The position numbers were made by a program, and so were the translations under genes. Source: Bacteroidota bacterium (GTDB taxonomy: Bacteria > Bacteroidota > Ignavibacteria > SZUA-365). Taken from it: a stretch of 64,000 nt of DNA. Shown one piece after another: positions 48,951-58,391 of this stretch (position 1 is the first letter of the stretch; every line of letters begins with the position of its first letter). The stretch is taken from positions 42,166 through 106,165 of the forward strand of contig JBATDG010000053.1 of the NCBI GenBank assembly GCA_049663345.1, given 5' to 3'. A model generated the notes under the pieces. That model did no database searches. It had not been told where the DNA came from and saw nothing but the letters and a program-made list of their open reading frames with translations.

Positions 48951-50819
48951 TCAGTCCTTGGTTGTCAAGGGCGGGACGGGGAGTCCCTCGAGACGCATGA
49001 TGGTGAGCGCGTTGGTGGTTGGACAGGGACCCGTGCGCAGCTGATAATCGAAGACCATGCGTTCGTCAACGATATGCTCGCGGAAATGCAGGTTGATCAC
49101 AGCAGGCAAGCGGTCGGCAAGCTGCGTCAGGTCGATGTCGTGGGTGGATACCAGTCCGCAGCCCCGGCTGCCGGCCAGCGCTTCGACATAGGCTGAAGCG
49201 CCCACATGCCGTTCGATGTTGTTGGTGCCCTTGAAGATTTCATCGATGAGAAAAAGCAGCGGAGGCGCGTCTTCCACGGATGCCTCGCGCAGCAGATCAC
49301 GCAAACGACGCACCTCGGCATAGAAGTAGGACACGCCTTCGCGCAGCGAATCATTGATCTGAATGCAGGTAGAAAGCCGGAAGAGCTGCGTGCGCAGCGA
49401 GTCTGCTGCGACGGGTCCGCCCGCGAGGGCAAGCGCGAGGTTGATTCCGATGGTGCGGAGGAAGGTGCTCTTGCCGGACATATTGGATCCGGTCACCAGA
49501 AACACGCGTCCCCGTTTGTCGATGCTGAAATCATTGCTGACTCGGCTGCGATGCGAAATTAGCGGATGTGCGAGTCCTTTGGCCGAGAACAGGTCCCCTT
49601 CACCGATCTCTTCCTGCACATCGGGGAAATGATACGCGGGGTGCAGGTCGGCGAAATTCGCGAGGGACTGCAGGGCTTCAAGCCTCTGCAGTGTATCGAG
49701 CCATCCCGGCAGCTGCTGTTCGAGTGCATGACGCTTCCGATCCAGTCTGGCTGCGAAAAGAAAATCCCAGGGCATCGGCAGATTCAGGATGATCATCATC
49801 ACGGGATTCATCGAAAGTCCTGCAGCGACGACATCCCGCAGAATGCGCCGGATGTGGCGCGAGGGTTTGTTCTGCGGATCGAGGAAGGGACCGACGAGCT
49901 CTCGCAATTCTTCCTTCCCCTCATAGCGGTAATTCTCAAGAAAGCGGAAAACCGTTTTTAACCGTCCGAGTTCATCGTCGAGGCGCACTGCCGCTTCAAG
50001 AAAGGCCTCCCGCACATCACTGTAGCGGAAGTAGAGTACGCCGTGGATCAGCAGGCCGAGCAGATACCACGGCGGCAATACATTGTAGCCCCAGAGCAGA
50101 AACAGCGCCACGTTGAGCGCAGCGAGAACGGACATCGCCGGCAGAAGCCAGCGGATGGACGAGGGAATTCGTGCGTTGCGCAGCCAGTCCAGGAAGGCGT
50201 CTCCGTCGAGTTTATCTGCAGATACGAGGTCGTATTCCACCCGCAGATGTTCGCGGAAATGCCGCAGAGGCGCCAGAGCTCGCACCAGCCGCTGCCGCGA
50301 GATGATCTCGTCGATGGAAGGGACGATCCCGCCCAGCCACTCGGCCAGCAATCTGCTGCCGCGATGCGAAACCGAAAAATCGAGAAGGCGGTGGAGGGAT
50401 GCGGGTCCTTCGAGATCGATGTCCCCGGCGAAAGGATGTGCTGCCGTATAGTGTCCGATGACGGCAGGCGGCAATTGCTCCCAATCCAGCTCCTTCCGCG
50501 CCTGCTGCTCTCGCTTGAGCTTCAGCCAGGCGGCGCAGCGGACGGCCCCGCGATCGATGCGTCGATGCACAGAAGCAACGGCAAGAAATGCGGCAGCGGT
50601 GAGAGCGAGCAGCAGAAGCCTCAGTTCCGCGGAAACTGGAAGCGGAAGCAGTGCGACAAAAAGCAGAAACAACGCAATGCGCCAGCGGAAGCAGCGCTGG
50701 CTGCGGGATTTCAGGCGCGTGATGCGTGAGGTCAGTCGTGCCGTGAGCAGATCGAATTCCAGAACTGCGTCAACTCCGCGCATTTCCTCTTCAATCCATG
50801 GGGACTCTTGTTCGTTCAA
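48951..50819 (-). CDS. MutS-domain-V membrane ATPase (MutS-related protein lacking mismatch-binding domains)
   Basis: N-terminal hydrophobic helices. C-terminal ABC-type ATPase of the MutS type: Walker A VTGSNMSGKSTFLRTIG, Walker B LFLIDEIFKGTN, and STHD. No MutS domains I-IV. Confidence 0.75.
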   Translation of the reverse strand: MNEQESPWIEEEMRGVDAVLEFDLLTARLTSRITRLKSRSQRCFRWRIALFLLFVALLPLPVSAELRLLLLALTAAAFLAVASVHRRIDRGAVRCAAWLKLKREQQARKELDWEQLPPAVIGHYTAAHPFAGDIDLEGPASLHRLLDFSVSHRGSRLLAEWLGGIVPSIDEIISRQRLVRALAPLRHFREHLRVEYDLVSADKLDGDAFLDWLRNARIPSSIRWLLPAMSVLAALNVALFLLWGYNVLPPWYLLGLLIHGVLYFRYSDVREAFLEAAVRLDDELGRLKTVFRFLENYRYEGKEELRELVGPFLDPQNKPSRHIRRILRDVVAAGLSMNPVMMIILNLPMPWDFLFAARLDRKRHALEQQLPGWLDTLQRLEALQSLANFADLHPAYHFPDVQEEIGEGDLFSAKGLAHPLISHRSRVSNDFSIDKRGRVFLVTGSNMSGKSTFLRTIGINLALALAGGPVAADSLRTQLFRLSTCIQINDSLREGVSYFYAEVRRLRDLLREASVEDAPPLLFLIDEIFKGTNNIERHVGASAYVEALAGSRGCGLVSTHDIDLTQLADRLPAVINLHFREHIVDERMVFDYQLRTGPCPTTNALTIMRLEGLPVPPLTTKD

Positions 50820-52864
50820 CGTCCACCCTTCCCGATCCAGCGTGCGAGCCAGGAGTCAAATTCGCCGTACCAGTGAATGGAATTCTGTGCGCTGAGTATC
50901 CAGTGGTTTTCATCCGGGTAAATCACGATACGGGCAGGCACACCTTTCGCTTTGAGCATTCCATACAGCTCCAGGCCCTGGTTGTACGGGACCCGATAGT
51001 CCTTTTCTCCGTGCATCACCAACGTAGGCGTGACGTAATTGGCCGCGTATTGTGAAGGACTCCAGCGCAGCACGTTGTCGCGTCCCTCCCACGGCGTGCC
51101 GCCGTAGCTGAGTTCGCGATGGAAGGTGATGTCAGAGCCGAACTGGGCCAAGAGATTGTACACGCCCGCATGATCGATGATGCATGCGTAGCGGCTGGTT
51201 TGTCCGCCGATCCACGACACGAGGTAGCCGCCATAGCTGCCGCCGCCAACCGCCATGCGGGTGGAGTCGATATACGGCAGGGCGATCATCGCATCCGTCG
51301 CCTTCATCACGTCAATAAACGGCAGGCGGGGATGCTCGCCGTTGATGCGGTCGGCGAAGTACTCGCCGAAGCCGGTGGAGCCGTGAAAGTTCGGTGTGAT
51401 CACAACGTAGCCCCCGGCGGCGAAGATCTGCGCGTTCCAGCGGGGATGGAAATCGTCACCGGAGACGCCGTGGGGTCCGCCATGCAGCATCACAAGCAGC
51501 GGCCATTTTTTCTTCGCGTCGAAATTCGGAGGATAAATCACAAAGGTCTGCACGCTGTCCCCTTCCGCGCCCGCGAACCACATATTCTCCACCTTCCCCA
51601 TTTCAATGCCGGCCAGCATATCGTCATTGAAATGCGAGAGCTGCCGCAGATTGCTGCCGTCGTCGTTCATCGTAAAGAGAGTCGGAGGAAGCGAGAGACT
51701 CTGGTGGATAAAGACAATGCGTCCGTTTCCGATCTGCAAGGATGCATTTGAGCCATTGTGCAGCAATTCACTCACAGCGCCGCCCGACATCGGAACGGAA
51801 AACACGCTGGTCTTTCCCAAATGGTCGGCAGTGAAATAGACGGTCATATCCTTTTCATCCGTCACCCATCCCGCCGGACTTCGATCGTAATTCCTGCAGA
51901 GATCCATCACCTCGCCGCTCGCACGATCCATGCGCACGAGCTTCGTGTTTTCCGCGTTCATGTCGGTTTTCAACATGCGGCCGTAGAGCAGGTACTTTCC
52001 ATCGCGCGAGTACAGCGGCGATCCGTCGTCGGAGGGATTGCTTTCCGTGAGATTCTGCATGCTGCCGCTGCCATCGGTGGCAAGTGCGTAGATGTCGGTG
52101 AACAGCTTGTCGTAAGGCGGACCCTCCGTCAGCGCCGTCACGGCGATTTCCCGGCCATCAGGTGCAATATCGTAATCGACTCCGCCTGTGTAGGAAAACA
52201 TGCGGTTCATATCCGGTGTGAGGTCAATCGCCTTATCACTCGCGAGATCGAAGCGGTAGAGGTGCTCAACGTAGCCGTCCGTCAGATAATGATCCCAGTA
52301 GCGGAACACACGATCCTCGCTGATCTGCGCGCTGACCTTCGAATCCTTTTTCCGCTTCATTTCCGCTTTCAGCGAATCGAGATTGCCGCCGTCTCGCGGA
52401 AGTGTGGAGGAAACGAACGCGAGGGACTTCCCATCGGGAAACCATTTCACGCCCGAGGCGCCCATGGGCATGTCGGTCAGGCGCCGGGCTTCTCCTCCGC
52501 CGAGCGGAATCAGGTAAAGCTGCGTGCGTTCGTCGTCATTGCGCTTGGCGGTGAAGGCGAGCATCGTTCCGTCGGGACTCCACTGCGGCGAGCCCTCGGT
52601 GGAGGGTCCGGTAGTGAACTGCCGCGCCGAGCCATCCGCCACGGTTATGAGCCAGATATCTCCGTTGCCTTTGTTCTTCGCGATGTCGTTGGTCGTCACC
52701 ACTACCGCGGCTGTCGTCCCATCGGGCGAAAGCGTCAGCGACCCCAAGCGCTTCATCTGCCAGAGTTTTTCTGCCGACATCGGCACGCGATCCTGTGCCG
52801 CAAGGGAAAGGGTGATGAGAAAAAGGAGTAAAAGAGTCAGGGGTCGGGTAATACGCATTGCCAT
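50816..52864 (-). CDS. S9-family serine peptidase (prolyl oligopeptidase/acylaminoacyl-peptidase type) with an N-terminal beta-propeller; secreted
   Basis: Signal peptide MAMRITRPLTLLLLFLITLSLAAQ. Propeller repeats (S/TPDG..., WSPDG...). Catalytic Ser in GGSYGG, Asp in ..HGEKDYRVP.., and His in ..DENHW. Confidence 0.85.
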   Translation of the reverse strand: MAMRITRPLTLLLLFLITLSLAAQDRVPMSAEKLWQMKRLGSLTLSPDGTTAAVVVTTNDIAKNKGNGDIWLITVADGSARQFTTGPSTEGSPQWSPDGTMLAFTAKRNDDERTQLYLIPLGGGEARRLTDMPMGASGVKWFPDGKSLAFVSSTLPRDGGNLDSLKAEMKRKKDSKVSAQISEDRVFRYWDHYLTDGYVEHLYRFDLASDKAIDLTPDMNRMFSYTGGVDYDIAPDGREIAVTALTEGPPYDKLFTDIYALATDGSGSMQNLTESNPSDDGSPLYSRDGKYLLYGRMLKTDMNAENTKLVRMDRASGEVMDLCRNYDRSPAGWVTDEKDMTVYFTADHLGKTSVFSVPMSGGAVSELLHNGSNASLQIGNGRIVFIHQSLSLPPTLFTMNDDGSNLRQLSHFNDDMLAGIEMGKVENMWFAGAEGDSVQTFVIYPPNFDAKKKWPLLVMLHGGPHGVSGDDFHPRWNAQIFAAGGYVVITPNFHGSTGFGEYFADRINGEHPRLPFIDVMKATDAMIALPYIDSTRMAVGGGSYGGYLVSWIGGQTSRYACIIDHAGVYNLLAQFGSDITFHRELSYGGTPWEGRDNVLRWSPSQYAANYVTPTLVMHGEKDYRVPYNQGLELYGMLKAKGVPARIVIYPDENHWILSAQNSIHWYGEFDSWLARWIGKGGR

Positions 52865-53727
52865 TATTCCTCTGCTTCCAACTGCTGTTTGATGTCCTGC
52901 AGCTCGGTGCGGTGTTCGTCGCTGACAACGGGGTACTGGATATCAAGGGATTCGAGCGTGTCGACAAGAATACCGGCCACAGCGCCGCGCATGAACCATT
53001 TGTGATCAGCAGGAATAATGTACCAGGGGGCGTGCTTTGTGCTTGTGTGATTGAACATGTCCTGATACGCTTCCTGATAATCGTCCCACAGCGCGCGTTC
53101 TTTCATATCGCCGGCTGAAAATTTCCAGTTCTTTTCAGGCCGCTCGATGCGATCGAGAAAACGGCGCCGCTGTTCGCCTTTCGAGACATGGAGAAAGAAC
53201 TTCACTATGCGCGTCCCGCTGGAGACAAGATGTTCTTCGAAATTGTTGATTTCATTGAAGCGGCGTTTCCAGATATCCTTTTTCGCCTCTTCCGGCAATC
53301 GTTGATTCTCAATTATTTCCGGGTGCACGCGTGCGACCAGTACTTCCTCGTAATACGAGCGGTTGAAGATACCGATGCGCCCACGTTCGGGCAGACGCGT
53401 TGTACAGCGCCAGAGGTAGTCGTGATCGAGTTCCTCTTGCGACGGCGACTTGAAGCTGTAGACCTGGCAGCCCTGGGGATTGATTCCAGACATCACATGT
53501 TTGATGGTGCTGTCCTTCCCTGCCGCATCCAGTGCCTGGAAAATCACGAGAAGGGAGTACGTATCATGCGCGTAAAGAATACCCTGCAGCTCGGCGAGTC
53601 GCGCGATGTCCTTTTCCAAATCTTTCTTCGCTTCTTTTTTACTCTTGAAATCCCCTGTAAACGCGGTGTCAAAGTCCACCAGCTTGATTTTCTCGTCATG
53701 CGGCACACGAAAATGCTTCGAATTCAT
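52864..53727 (-). CDS. Polyphosphate kinase 2 family (polyphosphate:nucleotide phosphotransferase)
   Basis: PPK2 Walker A-like segment LLVIFQALDAAGKD plus lid and other conserved segments (IFNRSYYEEVLV..., HAPWYIIPADHKW). Start trimmed to MNSKHFRV. Stop and start overlap with the peptidase (TAATG). Confidence 0.85.
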   Translation of the reverse strand: MNSKHFRVPHDEKIKLVDFDTAFTGDFKSKKEAKKDLEKDIARLAELQGILYAHDTYSLLVIFQALDAAGKDSTIKHVMSGINPQGCQVYSFKSPSQEELDHDYLWRCTTRLPERGRIGIFNRSYYEEVLVARVHPEIIENQRLPEEAKKDIWKRRFNEINNFEEHLVSSGTRIVKFFLHVSKGEQRRRFLDRIERPEKNWKFSAGDMKERALWDDYQEAYQDMFNHTSTKHAPWYIIPADHKWFMRGAVAGILVDTLESLDIQYPVVSDEHRTELQDIKQQLEAEE

Positions 53728-54019
53728 AACTCCTCCATTCGAACATTGGGAATGTATCAACAAGAAGGTAGCGAATTGTAGAATAATGCTGAAAGGGGCA
53801 GCCCGATCCAATCAATACGGACCCCGTGATCCGGATCTGCACTTCGCGCCATTCGGAGGCACAGTTGACATTCCGATCGCGATTCGATAGAATTGCGGAA
53901 ACAATCTGCGGGATCGGAGGAGGACGCACCTGACCCACACAGATTGCGAATTGTCTGACGGATGTTCCACCAGCCTGTTGCCGGCGTTTGTCCTGTGCTC
54001 AATCTCACTGGAGGTTCAG

Positions 54020-55741
54020 ATGAAGAAGAGGCGGTACTGCAAAACAATCACATCATGCGCGCGCGGCGCGCCGGGAGTGGGTTTCATTGCCCTCATCCTA
54101 TTCATGATTTGCGCAGGGCCCGTTGCCGATACTCCGCTGCATGCCCAAAATGAAAGCGATGCTGCTTTCGAAAAGATCACGGACCTGCCGCCCTGGTTTA
54201 TTCAGCCCTTCGGAATCGTGCAGCACCGCGACCATCCGCGTTTCGGACAATACAGCTCGGCACTGGGCGATGTGAACGGTGATGGCTACGACGACATCGC
54301 TGTTTCAACCGGGTATGACACTACATTTCTCTTCTTCGGCGGGGATACTCTGGATCCACATGAGGACGGATTCATACTCGGTGGAAGCGCGGGTGTAGCT
54401 GCTCTGGACCTGAATGGTGATGGTCGGAAAGATCTCATCACCTCGATGGACCCATTGCATACACCCGACGAAAGCGGCATGGTCCGTATCTATATCCAGC
54501 TTGCGGAGACTCCTTATTTTCGAGAGAAGCCCGATCTGGTTCTCACCGGGGTGAAGAAATCGCGTCTTGGAGTTGCCCCACCAAATCGATGTGGCGTTGG
54601 AGGGCTGGACTATAATGGGGATGGATACGACGATCTCTTAATTCGGTTTATCGACCGTCAGGACTCCTCAGGTGGGCGAAATCTTCTCTATCTGGGTGGG
54701 CTCGTGATAGATACAATAGTCGATCGCGAATTCCGATCCTCGCGATCAAGCCGGGATGCCAGCTACTGCAGTGATTATATGTGCGGTGATCTCAACGGAG
54801 ACGGATTCGAGGACGTGATGATCGGTGGTCGCGTATACGATTGGAATCGTGCGCGCTACAATTTTTATTGGGATCTCTATCTCGGAAATGCTGAAGCCAA
54901 GGTCACGACACCTTATCGCTTCTTTGATCAATTCAACGGTTGGAGTCCCTATCAGCAATGGTCCGGAATCCTGGATGTCAATGCGGACGGATACGCCGAT
55001 ATCATAGATAAATCAGTTCATCGTGAACAAGGTGATGCACTTGTTTTTTTAAGCAGCAGCACCCTTCCACCATTACTCATGCCAAACGACTCAATCCCCA
55101 ATCGTGACCCTGGATTGTGGGGTGATGCCGAGCCATATGGGGCCTATCCGGTAGGCGATATGAATGGCGATGGCACGCGGGACCTGATAATTCCCTGGTC
55201 TGTGTATATGGTGTATGGACCGCTGTATCTGATGTACCCTTCGGGAGCAACAAGTTTCTACCGACCGATGGGATATCGCGGCATTCTCGCGACCGACTGG
55301 TCGCTTGAAGTTGGGACGTATGATGCTGGCGATATGAACGGTGATGGCTATGATGATATCGTCATGCTCGGGAAACCCTTTGAACAGAGTGAAGGATACC
55401 ACAACCGTTTCGTCATTTTCCTCGGTGCGAAACAGATGCAGACTTCTGTCGGTGAAGCAGAATCGAGCGCCCCGGAGAAACTCGATCTGCAAGTATTTCC
55501 GAACCCGCTGCCTATCGGCTGCACTGATCTCTCCTTGAGCATGGGCGGATTATCCACCGGGTCCACACTATCAATCACGATATTCGATGCTTTGGGCCGT
55601 GCGCAAGTTCAACAGGACCTTGTTCCTTCTGCACCGACCCTCTCGCATCAAATCTCGCTCCCCTCGCTTCCGGCCGGGATCTATCACCTGACCGTGCGGC
55701 AGGGCCGTTCCGTCACCACGGTTCCAATTACCATGTATTAA
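54020..55741 (+). CDS. Secreted FG-GAP/VCBS-type calcium-binding repeat protein with a T9SS C-terminal sorting domain
   Basis: Signal peptide. At least 7 DxNxDGxxD loops (GDVNGDGYDDIAV, LDLNGDGRKDLI, LDYNGDGYDDLLI, GDLNGDGFEDVMI, LDVNADGYADII, GDMNGDGTRDLI, GDMNGDGYDDIVM). C-terminal CTD (LQVFPNPLP...ITIFDALGR...LPAGIYHLTVR...). Confidence 0.8.
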   Translation: MKKRRYCKTITSCARGAPGVGFIALILFMICAGPVADTPLHAQNESDAAFEKITDLPPWFIQPFGIVQHRDHPRFGQYSSALGDVNGDGYDDIAVSTGYDTTFLFFGGDTLDPHEDGFILGGSAGVAALDLNGDGRKDLITSMDPLHTPDESGMVRIYIQLAETPYFREKPDLVLTGVKKSRLGVAPPNRCGVGGLDYNGDGYDDLLIRFIDRQDSSGGRNLLYLGGLVIDTIVDREFRSSRSSRDASYCSDYMCGDLNGDGFEDVMIGGRVYDWNRARYNFYWDLYLGNAEAKVTTPYRFFDQFNGWSPYQQWSGILDVNADGYADIIDKSVHREQGDALVFLSSSTLPPLLMPNDSIPNRDPGLWGDAEPYGAYPVGDMNGDGTRDLIIPWSVYMVYGPLYLMYPSGATSFYRPMGYRGILATDWSLEVGTYDAGDMNGDGYDDIVMLGKPFEQSEGYHNRFVIFLGAKQMQTSVGEAESSAPEKLDLQVFPNPLPIGCTDLSLSMGGLSTGSTLSITIFDALGRAQVQQDLVPSAPTLSHQISLPSLPAGIYHLTVRQGRSVTTVPITMY

Positions 55742-55889
55742 CCAACTTCGCTATCAGGAGATACTCATGCATGGATTCATACGATACTTCGCACCTCTGC
55801 TGCTGCTGCGATAATAACCACTTCCTTTTAACGAAAAACGGCCCGATTCTCATGACGAGGATCGGGCCGTTTCATTTCATTCCCTGCTA

Positions 55890-56696
55890 TTATTTCTCCA
55901 CAACCCGGATCGATTCGATACCGACGCCGTTGCCTTTCTGCTCGATTTTGTGGACGATGTCCATGCCGCGGGAGACCTGGCCGAAGACCGTGTGCTTGCC
56001 GTCGAGCCAGTCGCAGCCGGATTTTTTGGTGACGATGAAAAACTGCGAGCCGTTGGTGTTGGGTCCGGCATTGGCCATGCAGATGGTGCCGTAGGCGACC
56101 TTGGCGCGGAGCCTTCCCTGCGAGTTGATGGCTTTGTCGATGCCGGTTTTCTGCTTGTACCATTCGACGGGGTGAATCATCATCGGACGACCGCTCTGCT
56201 GCTCCTGGCAATCGTCAACGATTTTCTTCAGCTCGGCATCGGGTTCAAGAGTGCGCTGGAAATAGGGCATGAGGATGTTCTGAAATACCAGCAGCGCCTG
56301 ATCCTCATCGGTGAGGTCGCCCTTGAGTTCCGGACCAAGCTCGTAGCATTCGTCCTCGAATTCGTAGCCGGGACCGCCCGAGCCGTCGCCCTTCGGATCG
56401 CCGCCCTGAATCATGAAATCATCGATGACGCGGTGAAAGGTGAGTCCGTCATAAAACGGCCGCTTCACCTGCTCTCCGCCGCGCAAAGCAGTGAATTCCT
56501 TCGTCCCCATCGCGAGACCAATAAAATTCTCCACCGTCTTCGGCGCCACATCGGGCCAGAGTTCGATGGTAACGTCGCCGAGATCGGTTTTCATCAGCAC
56601 GGTGGGACGCTTGGCTTCCTTTTTCGCGGCGTCCTGCGCCTGCGCTGCATTCACAGAGAAGAGAAGAAGGGCTATCAGCAATACGGTCGTTTTCAT
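55890..56696 (-). CDS. Cyclophilin-type peptidyl-prolyl cis-trans isomerase, periplasmic, with a ~70-aa insertion
   Basis: Signal peptide MKTTVLLIALLLFSVNAAQA. Cyclophilin core motifs FHRVIDDFMIQGGDP, GxGGPGYxFEDE, and SQFFIVT. Start trimmed from the longer ORF. Confidence 0.85.
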   Translation of the reverse strand: MKTTVLLIALLLFSVNAAQAQDAAKKEAKRPTVLMKTDLGDVTIELWPDVAPKTVENFIGLAMGTKEFTALRGGEQVKRPFYDGLTFHRVIDDFMIQGGDPKGDGSGGPGYEFEDECYELGPELKGDLTDEDQALLVFQNILMPYFQRTLEPDAELKKIVDDCQEQQSGRPMMIHPVEWYKQKTGIDKAINSQGRLRAKVAYGTICMANAGPNTNGSQFFIVTKKSGCDWLDGKHTVFGQVSRGMDIVHKIEQKGNGVGIESIRVVEK

Positions 56697-56827
56697 GAAT
56701 TTCCTTCGTATAGGGAGGATGGCTGAAAAAAAGAACAATATAATGATACACGGGCGGGAAATGCGGAGTTCCCGTTGAATATTTCCCTTTGTTTCGTGTA
56801 TCATTCCTAAATGCCGGAAATTGAGCC

Positions 56828-57382
56828 ATGAACAGTACACTCAACGACGACGATCTCATACTCCGCGCCCAGCGAGGCGAAAAGGATGCCTATGGCCTGC
56901 TGGTCCGCGCCTACATGCAGCCTGCGTATTATTCGGCGCTTGCGCTGGTCGGCTCGCATGACGAGGCGATGGACCTTTCGCAGCAGGCATTCATCCGGGC
57001 GTGGCTGGCAATTCGGAAATTCGAAATCGGCCGCCGCTTTTTCACCTGGTATTATCGCATTCTGCGGAATCTCTGTCTGAACCGGCTGCGCGACCGCGCG
57101 TCACAGGCCACACCCATGGCGCATTTCGATCACGTGCTGGAAGTGGCGGACGACGAGCAGGATCCTTCGGTGGAAACCGACCGCGCCCTGCTGCGTGAAC
57201 GCGTACGCTCGGCCATGGGCGAGCTGAGGCCGGAGGAAAGAGAGATAATCGTACTGCGCGATTTCGACGATCACTCCTACGCGGAGATCGCCGAGCTGCT
57301 CGAATGTCCGCTCGGCACCGTCATGTCGCGGCTGTATTACGCCCGGAAAAACTTGAAAGATTTGCTGGAGGACCTGTCATGA
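56828..57382 (+). CDS. ECF-subfamily RNA polymerase sigma-70 factor
   Basis: Region 2 (LLVRAYMQPAYYSALALVGSHDEAMDLSQQAFIRAW) and region 4 HTH (SYAEIAELLECPLGTVMSRLYYARKNL). Confidence 0.9.
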   Translation: MNSTLNDDDLILRAQRGEKDAYGLLVRAYMQPAYYSALALVGSHDEAMDLSQQAFIRAWLAIRKFEIGRRFFTWYYRILRNLCLNRLRDRASQATPMAHFDHVLEVADDEQDPSVETDRALLRERVRSAMGELRPEEREIIVLRDFDDHSYAEIAELLECPLGTVMSRLYYARKNLKDLLEDLS

Positions 57383-57831
57383 CGGATATGGAACGCGACC
57401 GCTTCCGCATGCTGATGATGAAGGCACTGGACGGGGAACTTGCCGGAAGCGAACACTCTGAATACGAAAATTTTCTGCGAAACAAGGACTGTGCCGAAGA
57501 ATGGGCACAGTTTCGAAAAGTGAAGGAGGCAACGATGTCACTCAAATTCGCATCACCCGCACCGGAAGTGTGGGATACATACTGGACGAGCGTCTACAAC
57601 CGGCTCGAACGCGGTCTCGCATGGCTGCTGCTCTCGCTCGGCGCCGTAACCATTTTTGCCTGGGGTTCACTGCTCGCTGCCGAAGCCCTTTGGGCAGAGA
57701 GCGAAGTGCCGATCCTGATGAAAATCGCTATTTTCTCCGTGGCGGGAGGAATTCTCCTCCTGCTCTTTTCCGTCATCCGCGAGCGGTGGTTCACATCGCG
57801 CCACGACAAATACAACGAGGTCATTCGATGA
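57379..57831 (+). CDS. Putative anti-sigma factor (cytoplasmic N-domain + two TM helices)
   Basis: Start ATG overlaps the sigma-factor stop (ATGA). N-terminal ~75 aa are soluble, then LAWLLLSLGAVTIFAWGSLLAA and IAIFSVAGGILLLLFSVI. Typical position for an ECF-cognate anti-sigma. Confidence 0.55.
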   Translation: MTDMERDRFRMLMMKALDGELAGSEHSEYENFLRNKDCAEEWAQFRKVKEATMSLKFASPAPEVWDTYWTSVYNRLERGLAWLLLSLGAVTIFAWGSLLAAEALWAESEVPILMKIAIFSVAGGILLLLFSVIRERWFTSRHDKYNEVIR

Positions 57832-58148
57832 TCGTCACCACATCCTCTTTCGTCGTAGGGAAAAAAGTCGTCAAAACATTCGGGATTGTCCGCGGCAACA
57901 CTGTGCGGGCCCGGCACATCGGCAAGGACATCCTTGCCCTGTTCAAGACCATCGTCGGTGGAGAAATCGAAGAATACACCAAGCTCATGGCCGAATCGCG
58001 CGACCAGAGCATCGACCGCATGATCGACGACGCCTCGCAGCTCGGCGCCAACGGCATTATCGATGCGCGCTTCTCCACCAGCTTCATCATGCAAAGTGCC
58101 GCCGAGATTCTCGTTTACGGCACCGCGGTCTTGCTCGAGGACGAATAA
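57828..58148 (+). CDS. YbjQ/UPF0145 (DUF74) family protein
   Basis: MIVTTSSFVVGKKVVKTFGIVRGNTVRARHIGKDILA...GANGIIDARF is characteristic of YbjQ. Start overlaps the anti-sigma stop (ATGA). Confidence 0.75.
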   Translation: MIVTTSSFVVGKKVVKTFGIVRGNTVRARHIGKDILALFKTIVGGEIEEYTKLMAESRDQSIDRMIDDASQLGANGIIDARFSTSFIMQSAAEILVYGTAVLLEDE

Positions 58149-58391
58149 CCCCCTCTGGGAACGGCTGTTCTGGGAACGGCGCGCACCAGCGCGCCCGCTG
58201 AAATCGTGTCCTGATTGAATCCGTCGATTGTGGCTCGGGCGAACCGACGAGAAAGTCGAACGTTCATCTCAGTTGAGTTATTCATCCGTAACGAATGACC
58301 ATCGTGATATGGAAGGTGGTTCGCCCCTACGGTATGTGCGGAAATTTCTTGTACATTTGGGGATATGGTTTTACGATCAACACGGTGATTC

